A stretch of DNA of 63,068 bases, counting the filler, from Reticulomyxa filosa (taxonomy: Eukaryota; Protista; Foraminifera): the NCBI GenBank assembly GCA_000512085.1. It is 25 parts of 25 records of this genome, joined end to end, with 100 filler letters (N's around TTAATTAATTAA, not from the genome) between each part and the next. Parts side by side here need not be neighbours in the genome. Positions count along the whole stretch, not along the records: positions 38,429 to 40,142 come from ASPP01013474.1; positions 40,243 to 45,669 come from ASPP01015355.1; positions 45,770 to 47,824 come from ASPP01000033.1; positions 47,925 to 49,230 come from ASPP01010772.1; positions 49,331 to 54,381 come from ASPP01026224.1; 20 more parts are not named here. One strand, written 5' to 3'. Below are positions 38,429 through 49,633 of this stretch, one piece after another. Below the pieces are notes generated by a model that was not told the DNA's origin, did no database searches, and saw only the letters and a program-made list of their open reading frames with translations. A program made the position numbers and the translations under genes. Every line of letters begins with the position of its first letter. Position 1 is the first letter of the stretch.

Positions 38429-39637
38429 AATCCAACTTTCATATTTTTGTGTAGCCGTGTTGTATGACACATACAAATGCATATATCCAAACATGTATAT
38501 ATATATATATACATATACATACATATATGTATATGTTTTTTTTTTTAACAACTTAATAACAAAGCGAGATGTAAGCAAGTCATTCCAAGAACTGTCATCC
38601 CAAAGAAGTGCAGATATTGATTTGAAAAGACAATGGACCGAGCGCAAAGTTACCAACATGTACTTTTTTTTTTTGGTTCACCCAGTCATTGTTCGTGTTG
38701 GCTTGCCACAATCCTGGAAACTCTTTTTATGAACAGGCAAAAGTGGCTGTGTTACGTAAATTGAGTGCAGTGTTATCGGAGCAATCCGAGTCAGCGAAGC
38801 AAAAACTTGTTGGTAAGTACTTGTTATTTGTACTTGAAAGAGACAAAAGGGGGGGGGAGGAGGGGTTGAAGAGAGTGAAGGGATGGAATGAAATAAAGAC
38901 AATAATGATCAGTTGTTTCTATCTATCTATCTGTCTATCTCTCTCTCTCTCTCCCTTTTCTTTATGTATACGTATGTGTAAAGATTGTCAATGTCAAAGT
39001 GGACACAAACAAAATGAATAAAAGATAGTGACAAGAAAGAAGACGAAGGGGTATCATTTTCGTACATAGCAGGAGTGGTGACAAGAGCACAGCGTGTGTC
39101 ATTGGAGCGTCAAGTGTATTTGACATCTCGTGGGAACTCGTGGATTCGATTTGAGGAAGCAGCAGCGACAACAACAACAACAACAACAACAAAGACATTA
39201 ACAGTGTTTGTAGTGTTCTTTTTAGGTTCGGAGTTGCACCGATCATTGCGACGACTTTGTCAGTTTATGGGCATATCGATTTGCTTCGAGTGTGGGGCAG
39301 GGGAAGTGATGGGTGCGACGCAGTCGCAAGAGCAGCTGCTGGAGCAGACAATGAAGGAATGTGAGGAAGACAAGCGCGCCTACGTGGCGACGCACAAGTT
39401 GTTGAAGCACGTGATGCGAGGCATTGTGAAGGACCTGAAGCAATGGAAGCTCACGCTGCTGCAAGAGCGTGGCATCTGCGTCATCATGAACCAGTTCCAA
39501 TCGCACTCGGTACACTCTGTACTGCGTTGCGAGGGCTGGTGTCCCAGCTATCAAAAGGACCATATTCAGCACATTTTGGAACAAGTTGTCCGTGACAAAG
39601 GTGTGGGGCATGCTATTTTGACCGAATTGATACTTCC

Positions 39638-39697
<60 letters not shown>

Positions 39698-40142
39698 GCA
39701 ATTGCATACACACAAGTCACATATCCGACAGTCACCAAAAACGATCGTGAAACAAGAAGGAACAAATAATGCACCGATCCCACTTCAAACTATCAATCGT
39801 GAACATCACCTCCTCCCTACTAACGATGATGATAATGATAATGATAATGATAATGATGATGATACTGATAATGAAGAGGAAATGGATTTTGCACATGCAC
39901 AAATGATCTCATTGTCGCAATTGCAACCGCCCACACATTTCGAGGACAATGCATTCATGACCGCGTTCCAGCAGATCGTGGATACGTATGGCGTGCCTCG
40001 GTACAAAGAGTTCAACCCGGCTGTCCCCACAGTGATTACATTCCCTTTCTTGTTTGGAGTCATGTATGGAGATATTTTCCATGGCATGTGTTTATTGCTT
40101 TTTTCTTTGGCTTTGTTTGTTATTCACAAATCATCATCATCA
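38429..40142 (+). CDS. V-type H+-ATPase V0 subunit a (Vph1/ATP6V0A family), internal part
   Basis: EGWCP, then PPTHF...FQQIVDTYGVPRYKEFNPAVPTVITFPFLFGVMYGDIFHG, which are diagnostic motifs. Confidence 0.95.
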
Positions 40143-40250
40143 NNNNNNNNNNNNNNNNNNNNNNNNNNNNNNNNNNNNNNNNNNNNTTAATTAATTAANN
40201 NNNNNNNNNNNNNNNNNNNNNNNNNNNNNNNNNNNNNNNNNNAAAAAAAC

Positions 40251-40287
<37 letters not shown>

Positions 40288-40329
40288 AAACGTACATGTG
40301 TAAATTTGGAGTAACAAAAAAAAAAAGAG

Positions 40330-43248
40330 TCTTCGGTTTGTACCATTCGGTTCATTTTTGCGGCATCCAATCTCCAGTTGCTCAAGCCAATAAATGCAAT
40401 CTCTGGCTGTTCATTGTCCAGTAGTTTATGTAATACTTTTAAAGGATTGTACTGACCTATTTATAATACATACACATCATATACATCATATATATGTATA
40501 TGTACAAAATGTGTATAATATAGTGCAGGTAATTTTTAAGGATAAAACTGTGTTCGGCCAAACCAACTTCATCCAACCACAGCGCTACCTTAGTACTGCC
40601 ATATATTCTTTCTCTCTTTTTCATAGGCATCTTTTCTATGTTCCTGATTGAAACAATTACAAATCAAGACTGAACACAATTAAAAGACACTCTTTTTTTT
40701 TTTATCAATGTTTTCAATTGGAGAAAAAAAAACAAAACAAAACTTGAGTTTTTGTTGAAAAGCAACCGCATTTCCCCAGATGTCACGGATAGCCTCTGGA
40801 GTGGTCAAATTTGAGCATTGGAAGGATGTCTGAGTGCAAGAGCATAGTAACTCGAAGGTGAAATATGTCCACATAAAATACAGAAGAAAACATACCACAT
40901 AGAAATCATCAAATCCCATGGCCGTGAGTAGGTGGGGCTTGCTGGATGGTGCCAAATTACTTTGAACTGTGGTCATTGCGAGAGTCTTTGACGAACCTAT
41001 GGAAGCCATGCATGTACGTATAAATATATATATATATGTATGTAAGTATCTGTTGTCTATCCAACAGAAGGAAGTGTGAGTTAAAAGACAAGAGATCAAA
41101 CCAGGCCGTCCAACAATGATTGTCGGTGTTTTGGTTGCCAATGCAATCAACATGACAAACAAGTTTTCCGTGAACGCATGATTTTTAGCAATTCCCGGCG
41201 GGATATTCAATACCGCGAGATAGCTTTTACATACACATTTATATATGTATGTACATATATACATATGTATATACATTTTTTTTTTTTTTGGATAAAATAA
41301 AAAGAGAAACCGTTCTTGTTCTGCTTTAATGACTTGTTCCGACTTTTTGGGAAGTTGAATTTTGAAATGGTATCGTTGTACTGTTTTCTTTGTGATTGAT
41401 TCAATCGATAGTAATAGCACAGTGCAAGAGCCAACAACATGGATTCCAACATATCTGTTCTTTTGCCCCTAGCTTCACGATGGATCAAAAACCTAAAAAA
41501 AACTTGTTTGCACGTTGGACATCACGCAGTGAGCACATACTACGATCTTTCAACATTTGTCTATTTTCAACAAAGTCAGAGAGAAATGTGATGTAACAAA
41601 CAATTTTTTTTAAAAAAAAATGAGAGAGAGAGAGAGAGAAACCGGATGAGGCTTTGCGAAGTGAATATCAGTTGAATGAAGGATAGCTTTAATTCATTAA
41701 GTTGAGCAGAGGATATTTGAAACTCATGATTCGCCCAAGAAGCTGTCGTAATAACCGAAATGTAATGATGTTCGTCTGGTCAGACAACGAACCAAAGTTC
41801 CACACATAGGTTTGCATCGATTCAGGCAACGGGAACACTCGATATACCAATTGGCTCATTTCCTTATCCAAATCATCGAGTTGGCGCTTTCGAATGCTCC
41901 TTTCTTCGCTTTTTTCATCAGCAATGAATCTTCCACTTTCGGACGGGTTCGATATGGATTTAATGCAGCGATGACAATCACATTGTCTGGAAATGCTTTG
42001 CCTTTCAAACTGTGATCACACACCACCTCTTTGAACGCTCCAATTTCTGGACTCGTGTTGATTTCATCCAAAAATATTAAGTGCGTTTGGCTGCTCTCTG
42101 CTTTGGCCTTTTCCAATGTCTCTTTCAAGTCTTTTTCCAAGTCTTCCGCCGTATACCCACTGTGAACGTCGATTGTCTTCATTATCAATCCCAACGCAGA
42201 GGCCATGAATTTTAGTAATCTGGTCTTTCCACATCCCTGTGCAACATTATACATGTTGAAGTAATAATGCATATATTATTATGTATTGAAAAAAAAAAAA
42301 AAACGAAACAGTTTCGCCCATAATCAAAACAGGTATCCCCGATTTGACCCTAAAAAAGATGGCCACAATTTTCAAAATATTGTCAAATGTCAAAGCATAG
42401 TCACGGTTGTCGTTGATGATTTTATTCACTTGCTCTTTCCTTGCATCTTCTTTCGGAGAACTTTTTTGGAGGTTGCCAATTTTATTTTTTATTTTTTATT
42501 ATTTTTTTTTTTGATGTTGTGTAAATCAACGTATAAAAATTGTATTATATATGCATGTATACGTATATAATCTTTTTTTTAAAAAAAAAAAAAAAATTGT
42601 GTGTAAACTTACTTGAAACCACCACAAATTTGTAACAGCAAATGCAATTTTTTAAGCTGATCTTGCTCATTCTCCATGTATGTGCCATGCTTTTCGATCA
42701 AAGCTTTTTTGTTTTTCAAGTCGTCTTCAAAGTTGTAAATGTTCCATTTGAGCTTCTCTCGAATCAACTTCCACTCTTCTGCGTGTGGATGTCTATTCTT
42801 GTCCAAATTCATGGACAGCAATGACAGACTCTGATCGGTCTGGCTCTGTGTCAGATCTTCCTCCAAGCTGTTTTGTTTCATGTTAACATGGGCAGATTTG
42901 GATATCGAAACTTGGTTCAGTAATACCATTGGAGGATCGGCATGTCTCCACAGATTTACCAAAAAGAACTCTTCCGTGTCCTTGGCTTCCTCGATTCTCT
43001 TTTCTTCTTTTTCTTCTTTGTTGTCTTCATCGTTGCGCTGGGAATGATACAGATTACATGCGATATGTCCAGCGGACAGTACCAACGATGATAAAATTAT
43101 CTCATGCAATGGGATAAATTTTCTCTTTTGGATCTCAGTTGCATTTTCGTTTTTTATGTACAAGAAAGTGTACAGCTGAATCATTTGTTTGTACATGAAT
43201 TGCAAAAATGACTTGAGTTGCACCAAACTTTCCCCAGCTGCAAATATA

Positions 43249-43287
<39 letters not shown>

Positions 43288-45657
43288 ATATAAAAACATA
43301 GTAAGTAAATAAATAAATATATACACATATATATATTTACTTATTTGTTTGTTTAACCTCTTGGTGAATACGTCTGTATCAATTCATCCATTCTCGGTTT
43401 AGTGATATCTTGATGTTTGGCGTAATTCCAGTTATCTTTGGCATTTCCAGTGGTTTTAAGTAATCCTTTGTCCAGGGCGTCCAAGTATTGCCACACAAAA
43501 AACTCTTTTTTAGTGAGCTCCAACCGATTATTGATAAAGTGCTCATCTCGAGGCCGTACGACTCTCATTTCATCCACGATCTCCAAAAAGGGGACATTCA
43601 GTCCTCGGATTTGCTCTCCGAAGAAATAAAACCAATCGAACACTTCCTTGAGTTGAGTGGTTTTGTGTGTGTTGCACAATTGCGTGGGCAGTTCCACCAA
43701 AAAAGCGTGATTTTTCCGAACGCGGAAGCTCCTTCCTTTGGACGTGGTAATATAGCGCAGCACAAGCAATTGAAACATTAGCGTGTTCACATCTTTGCCA
43801 GCCTGGCTGGAGATGTTGATGTGGAACACAATGAGGTCGTTCGACAGAGGGACACTAAGGAATCGATCGACAATAAAGTCAATGTCTACGACAGGGGTAT
43901 TAATTGGTACATGCACAAAATGATCGGACGATTTCAAATTCAAACTTTTCACTTTTTGCGAAATGACATACGACTTGCCCACACACGAACGTTGTGAAAA
44001 GAATACAATCATGAAAGGCGCAGTGTTTCGTTTCTCATGAAGTTCTTTCCAACTGGGACACAGCATGGTGGAATAAAACGTTTTACTTTCATCTGCTTGC
44101 AAGTTCATCGGCTCGTTGCGACGATACGCGCTCAATGCTTGAGCGATCAAAGAGGGACGATCGTTTGTTGTCACTATCGCCATCAATGAGCGCGGTTTGT
44201 GAATATAATTCGGAAGTAGAGCCAGCAGTCGTCGCTGCACACCTCGACCGAGGAGCTCCGGAAGAACGAGGCAATGCAAGGGATTGGCTTTCCCTCCTGA
44301 TGAGTTTTCAGAGCTGCATCGAATCAAAAAACATTCCAATTGTTCAATCGATGTCGTATAATCGCAAAACAATACCTATCACACATTTAAAGAAAAAAAA
44401 TGAGTTGAATTTTTGGAATGTGAAACCACAAAGAGTAGCTTCTCAACTCGATTGGCCATTGGCTGCTGTCCTTGTGATAAGTACAATTTCACTATAAGGG
44501 ACAGGACTTGAGAGTCCTTGCAAGTATACAAGCGAGGACGTCCTGCTTGCAGATATTTCTGCGTTTGAGGAATGTTCGCAGAATTATCACGAAAGTTCGT
44601 TAAAATCTCACCCAGTTGACTTAATGACTCTCTCCCTTCTAATTTCCACTCCTTTTTAAAAAAAAAAAATTGAACCACATACAAACAAAAAGTCATGCAT
44701 GATATTTATGTCGCACTAACTAGAAAAAAATGGAGCTACCTTTATTGATTTAATCGCAGTTTCGATTTCTGTGGTTGTCACGTTTGGATCAATGAACGAG
44801 ATCTTTGAGACAAGCGGGCCCAGAAACTGCGCCTTTTCTGCACGTTGATTGTACGACAAGAGCAGGTCACGTAAGAACAGCATATCATTAACAGTATAAT
44901 ACGACAGCATAGGAAACTTGTTTCGTAACTTTTTTCAAAAAAAAAATCAAGGCAATCATGAATACAAAATACACACAGACTCTCTTTTTTTCCTCCTGCT
45001 TTCTCATTGGGGTATACGTTATATCACATGACAAACCTCTGCAATTTGCGTTTTCCAATCAGTCAATCTCTTGTCCCATTGCTTGTCGATCATATCAAAC
45101 TCGCTTGCATTTTTGGAAAAACTGATGGTTCGATCCACCTTTAAGTCATCACGCCCACCCAGCGAAAAATACTCCAATCTTTTCTTGGCAATTTTCTTAC
45201 ACTTGTCGAATTTGGGAATGAAATCATTTTTCACCTTTCAAACGTGCACACATACATAAAAGCATGCACACGCAAAGAAATACAATTTTGGATGTGTAAT
45301 GAATAGATGTATATTTTTTTATCATTCAAAACTTTTTCTTTGATCATTTCAAAGTGTATAATTTTTATCAAATCACCAATGGTATCATCTCGGCTCTGGG
45401 GCACATTCTTCTCATCTCCCTCTTCGCCCAACGACACATGTCTCAACTTCTGTGGGCTATGAACCAGTCGCACAAGTACTGCACCAGTGAGATTTTGAGA
45501 TCTGATTCGCGTTAACAAAGTGTTCCAGGCGGCTTCGTTTGTCGACATAAATTGTTTTCGATGAGTTATTAGCCAATGTTCGATATTACTTACAGACATT
45601 CCACTAATCCCCTGTTGGAGTGCCAACACTTCATTTTCTGCTCCGCTGCTGTCACCT
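40330..45657 (-). CDS. RNF213/mysterin-like dynein-type AAA+ ATPase, internal multi-exon fragment
   Basis: YALTFDNILK...GIPVLIMGET|GCGKT, FLDEINT, IAALNPYR, LVYRVFPLPESM..YVWNFGSL, ENLFVM...IVGRP|GSSKT, SFQCS, VLDEVGLAE, PLKVLH..L, FIGLSNWRLDAAKMNR. This is the motif series and order of the RNF213 AAA core. Confidence 0.88.
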
Positions 45658-45838
45658 ATTTTTTTTTTTNNNNNNNNNNNNNNNNNNNNNNNNNNNNNNN
45701 NNNNNNNNNNNNNTTAATTAATTAANNNNNNNNNNNNNNNNNNNNNNNNNNNNNNNNNNNNNNNNNNNNAAAATATTATTGAGGAAAACATTTTGGATAA
45801 TAATTGAGCAAACATTAATGCGATTTTGGTTCATTAAA

Positions 45839-45950
45839 AACTAAAGCTAGTTTTTTTGGAGTCGCTCGAATTAATACAGAGTTTTTTTGGATTACTCCAA
45901 TTAAAGCAGAATTTTTTTGGCACTCCAATTAATGTAGAGTTTTTTTGGGA
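45839..45950. repeat. Imperfect 28-30 bp tandem repeat, 4 copies
   Basis: Unit approximately AATTAAwrCAGArTTTTTTTGG..ACTCC. Confidence 0.7.
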
Positions 45951-46249
45951 AACAAGTTACATCGTAGTCATCAATTTTTTTGTACAACTTTTTTAGTTGC
46001 AATGAAATTTATTTTAAACCTGGATTGATGTTTTGGATCAATTGTATTGATCAAAATTATTCCATTACTTAACTCGAATCCTTGCATTTGTTTTGTCTAG
46101 TGCATGCGCTTTGACGAGGGCAATCGAAATATGTCTCTTTTACTGATACTTTGAGCTCTTTCTGTTACTTGATAGTGCTTCCAGTTTCACATGACAATCT
46201 GAAAAATGATTATTTGTGGTTTTACTTAAGAAACTTTGAATCAAAAAGT

Positions 46250-47560
46250 TTGTTCGAGATATTTAAAGATAAAATCATGGTCAATACGACTATTGGAATC
46301 GATTGAGAATGCAATTTTTGTTTTTGTGTAATAATTTTCAATGTTAAAATAATGGCATACACTCTCCCACAAGATAGAATAAATGTACAATCATTTTCGG
46401 ATATTTTGCGAGGCATTTGAACTTTTCCAAAAAATATGAAAGTCAGGCTATTAATGGAAAAATTTAAATGCAAGAATGAGGCAGACATGAGATAAAGTAC
46501 AAAATCATTATATATGCAACTTATACTACATAAATATAATACATTGATAAAATAAAACATATAAAACAGCCATACTGATGTAAGCTAGATATGTTCAGTA
46601 GTTGTGTACTAGAATCATTCCGTAAAATTGACGAAGATATCGTATTGGATATTGCAGAGCACAAACTAAGAATAATATTAGAAAAATAAATGAAGAACAA
46701 ACAAAATTTGGAAATAAAGCTAAAGTAAAATAAGTATACTAAAGTGAACAACAAAGAATATCACAAGAGAAAATATAAAAGATGCTAATGAAAATAGAAA
46801 TTACACATAAAAGACATAATATGCATGGCATATACATAAAACTACAAAGACTAGAAAACAAATCTGGTATCCGCTGCATAATGAATCAGAAAGAATAATC
46901 ATTGACAATTTTAAAAAAATAGAAATAATGCATAAACATTATAAGAAATTATTTCAAGGAAAAACGAGAACATGACAAAAATGACATCGATATTAGTAAT
47001 GAAGCTGAAAAGATATTAGAAACAAATATACATTGAGCATGGTTTACTACTGAAGAAATATCAGAAGTGGCGAAACAATTAGCAACACATAAGGCGGTAT
47101 TCCTTGATTGTATGCCAAATAAATTTATAAAATATTGGCAGAAAGATACATAACTAAAATATTTAAATACAAGAGGGATTATAATGAAGTTATCAATGTT
47201 ACAACTACTGAACAAGATTATATTAAACAGAATAACACATATAATAGAATATGCCTTACCTGAGGTAAACGTATAAGAGAAAAAATCAGAAATGTAAAAA
47301 GATGAAATAGACAAGAATATGCGACAAGTTGGCCCCTTTTTAGTATATAAATGACTTGATTACAATAATAAAGAAACAATACCTGATAAAAAAATATAAA
47401 ATGAATATCAACCAAAATGTATGCATGCAAACCAAAAAAAACTGGATGAGATATTGAATATAATACAAGATTATTGCAACAAATAAAAATTGAAAAAAAT
47501 TTTAAAAAAAGTAAATTAACATTAATAAATCCAAAAAAAAAAAAAGGGACTTTTATTACT
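46250..47560 (+). mobile_element. Heavily decayed LINE-type retroelement
   Basis: WFTTEEISEVAKQLATHKAVFLDCMPNKFIK (cf. FTxEEI..L...KAPGxDGxP), ILNRI, YINDL and LNIIQDYC occur in RT order. A-rich sense strand with many stops. Confidence 0.6.
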
Positions 47561-47924
47561 AACCAAAATGAACAAATTCAAATACTATAAATAACACTTG
47601 CTCTAAAAACTTTCAATGAAATAAACAGTGTAAAGTTCAAAGAATTGCATACAAATAATTTCATGAAAAAAGCTGCCAGCCAAATAATATAAACAAATTA
47701 TACAAAACACAAGTACACAAACTCAACAACTCCTTTTCATTTGCAAAAAAAGTCAATTTTAGTTCACTTTTGAGAATAGCTAAAAAACCCCAACTTTTTT
47801 TACTTATTACAGTTCCTATTGGTGNNNNNNNNNNNNNNNNNNNNNNNNNNNNNNNNNNNNNNNNNNNNTTAATTAATTAANNNNNNNNNNNNNNNNNNNN
47901 NNNNNNNNNNNNNNNNNNNNNNNN

Positions 47925-48132
47925 CACCGGCGTGCTGGTGACCCACGACCTGCGCGAGGCGGTCTATCTCGCCGACACCGTCTATGTGATGAGCCGGCGG
48001 CCCGGCCGCATCGTGCAGGCCAAGAAGATCGACATCCCGCGGCCACGTACCCTGGAGACGACCTTCGAGCCGCACTTCGTCGACATCGTCCACGAGCTGC
48101 GCGACCGCATCCACCAGGAGCATGCGCCATGA
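47925..48132 (+). CDS. Bacterial ABC transporter ATP-binding subunit (NitT/TauT-type), C-terminal fragment
   Basis: H-loop LVTHDLREAVYLADTVYVMSRRPGRI. Its stop overlaps the next start as ATGA at 48129-48132. Confidence 0.9.
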
Positions 48133-48904
48133 GCGACCTGCGGCGCGAGGCGCTGAAGCATGCCATGCCGTGGCTGGTCCTGGCGGGCCTGCTGATCGTC
48201 TGGGAAGTCTGCTGCATCGTCTTCCAGGTGCCGGAGATCATCCTGCCCAAGCCGACCAAGATCTTCGCGGTGTTCGTCCAGCGCTTCGACATCCTGATGG
48301 CCTATAGCTGGGACACGCTGTGGACCACGATGATCGGCTTCCTGTTGGCGATTGCGTTCGGCCTGCTGCTCGGCCTCGCGGTCGGCGCCTCGCCGTTCAT
48401 CTACTCCGGCCTCTATCCGCTGCTGATCGCCTTCAATGCGATCCCCAAGGTGGCGATCGTGCCGATCCTGATGATCTGGGTCGGCGTCGGCTCGCTGCCG
48501 GCGGTCATCACCGCCTTCGTGATCAGCTTCTTCCCGATCGTGGTGAACGTGGCGACCGGGCTTGCCACCATCGAGCCCGAGATGCGCGACGTGCTGCGCA
48601 GCCTCGGCGCCACGCGGCTGGAGATCCTGACCAAGGTCGGCATCCCGCGCGCCATGCCTTACCTGTTCGCCAGCCTCAAGGTGGCGATCACGCTCGCCTT
48701 CATCGGCTCGGTGATCTCCGAAACGGTGGGCGGCAACAACGGCATCGGCTTCCTGATGCTGTCGGCCAGCGCCCGCAACGACGCGCCCACACCTTCGCCG
48801 GCCTGTTCGCCATCGCCATCATGGGCGTCGCCATGTACGCAGTCTGCGCCATGGTCGAGAAGCGCATGACCCGCTGGGCCTTCCGCGGCGAGATCGTCGC
48901 CTAG
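48129..48904 (+). CDS. Bacterial ABC transporter permease (NitT/TauT/SsuC-type), one apparent frameshift near 48790
   Basis: IPKVAIVPILMIW, FFPIVVN and EAA-loop region LRSLGATR..ILTKVGIPRAMP. The last TM helix (TFAGLFAIAIMGV...AMVEKRMTRW) continues in another frame to the stop ending at 48904. Confidence 0.9.
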
Positions 48905-49000
48905 CAGTCCATCGCGCAGGGGCTAGGCGAAAAGAAACGGTCTGGCAACGCGTGGCGCATCGTAATAGATGACACCCCCTTCGCCTCCCCGGGGACCATC

Positions 49001-49230
49001 ATGATCGCGTGCGGACTGGATTTCGGAACGTCGAACTCGGCGATCGGCGTCATGCGCCAGGGCGTGGCCGAGCTGGCGCCGATCGAGGCGCACAACACGC
49101 TGATGCCCAGCGCCGTGTTCTTCGATTACGAAACCAAGGGCCGGGTCGTGCTCGGAACGCCGCCATTGCGGCCTATGTCGAGCAGACCGAGGGACGGCTG
49201 ATGCGGGCGCTGAAGTCGATCCTGGGCTCG
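49001..49230 (+). CDS. Bacterial Hsp70-family protein (YegD-like), N-terminal fragment
   Basis: CGLDFGTSNS phosphate-1 motif and MPSAVFF, then after a 1-nt shift AAIAAY...GRLMRALKSILGS. Confidence 0.85.
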
Positions 49231-49633
49231 NNNNNNNNNNNNNNNNNNNNNNNNNNNNNNNNNNNNNNNNNNNNTTAATTAATTAANNNNNNNNNNNNNN
49301 NNNNNNNNNNNNNNNNNNNNNNNNNNNNNNGGGGGGAGGATGTCCCAGCCGTGGAGCACGGCCGGAGTCTGGTCTGAATCCCCGAGCGTAGCTTATTCTT
49401 TTTTTGTATATGCATGGTATTTAATTTTGTTTTTAGACTTTGCAGCAAATATAAAACATTGATCCTTTTGATTAATGCAAAACCCAAGGATTTGAGAGTA
49501 GTTTAACAGTTAATATTCAAAGAATATATATACATTATTTTGTTTTTTTTTAAGACAAAAACAGCAAGGTACAAAAATTAAAAAACCAGGTTGTAATTTT
49601 TAAGAAAGAGAAGAAAATTACAAAAGAATACTA

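Noticed and set aside
45839-45950. 28-30 bp repeats as a mini CRISPR array
   Set aside because: Units are contiguous with no unique spacers, the context is eukaryotic, and there are no cas genes.
48660-49230. Programmed frameshifting in the bacterial permease and Hsp70 genes
   Set aside because: No slippery heptamer seen; single-base consensus errors in a low-coverage contig are simpler.
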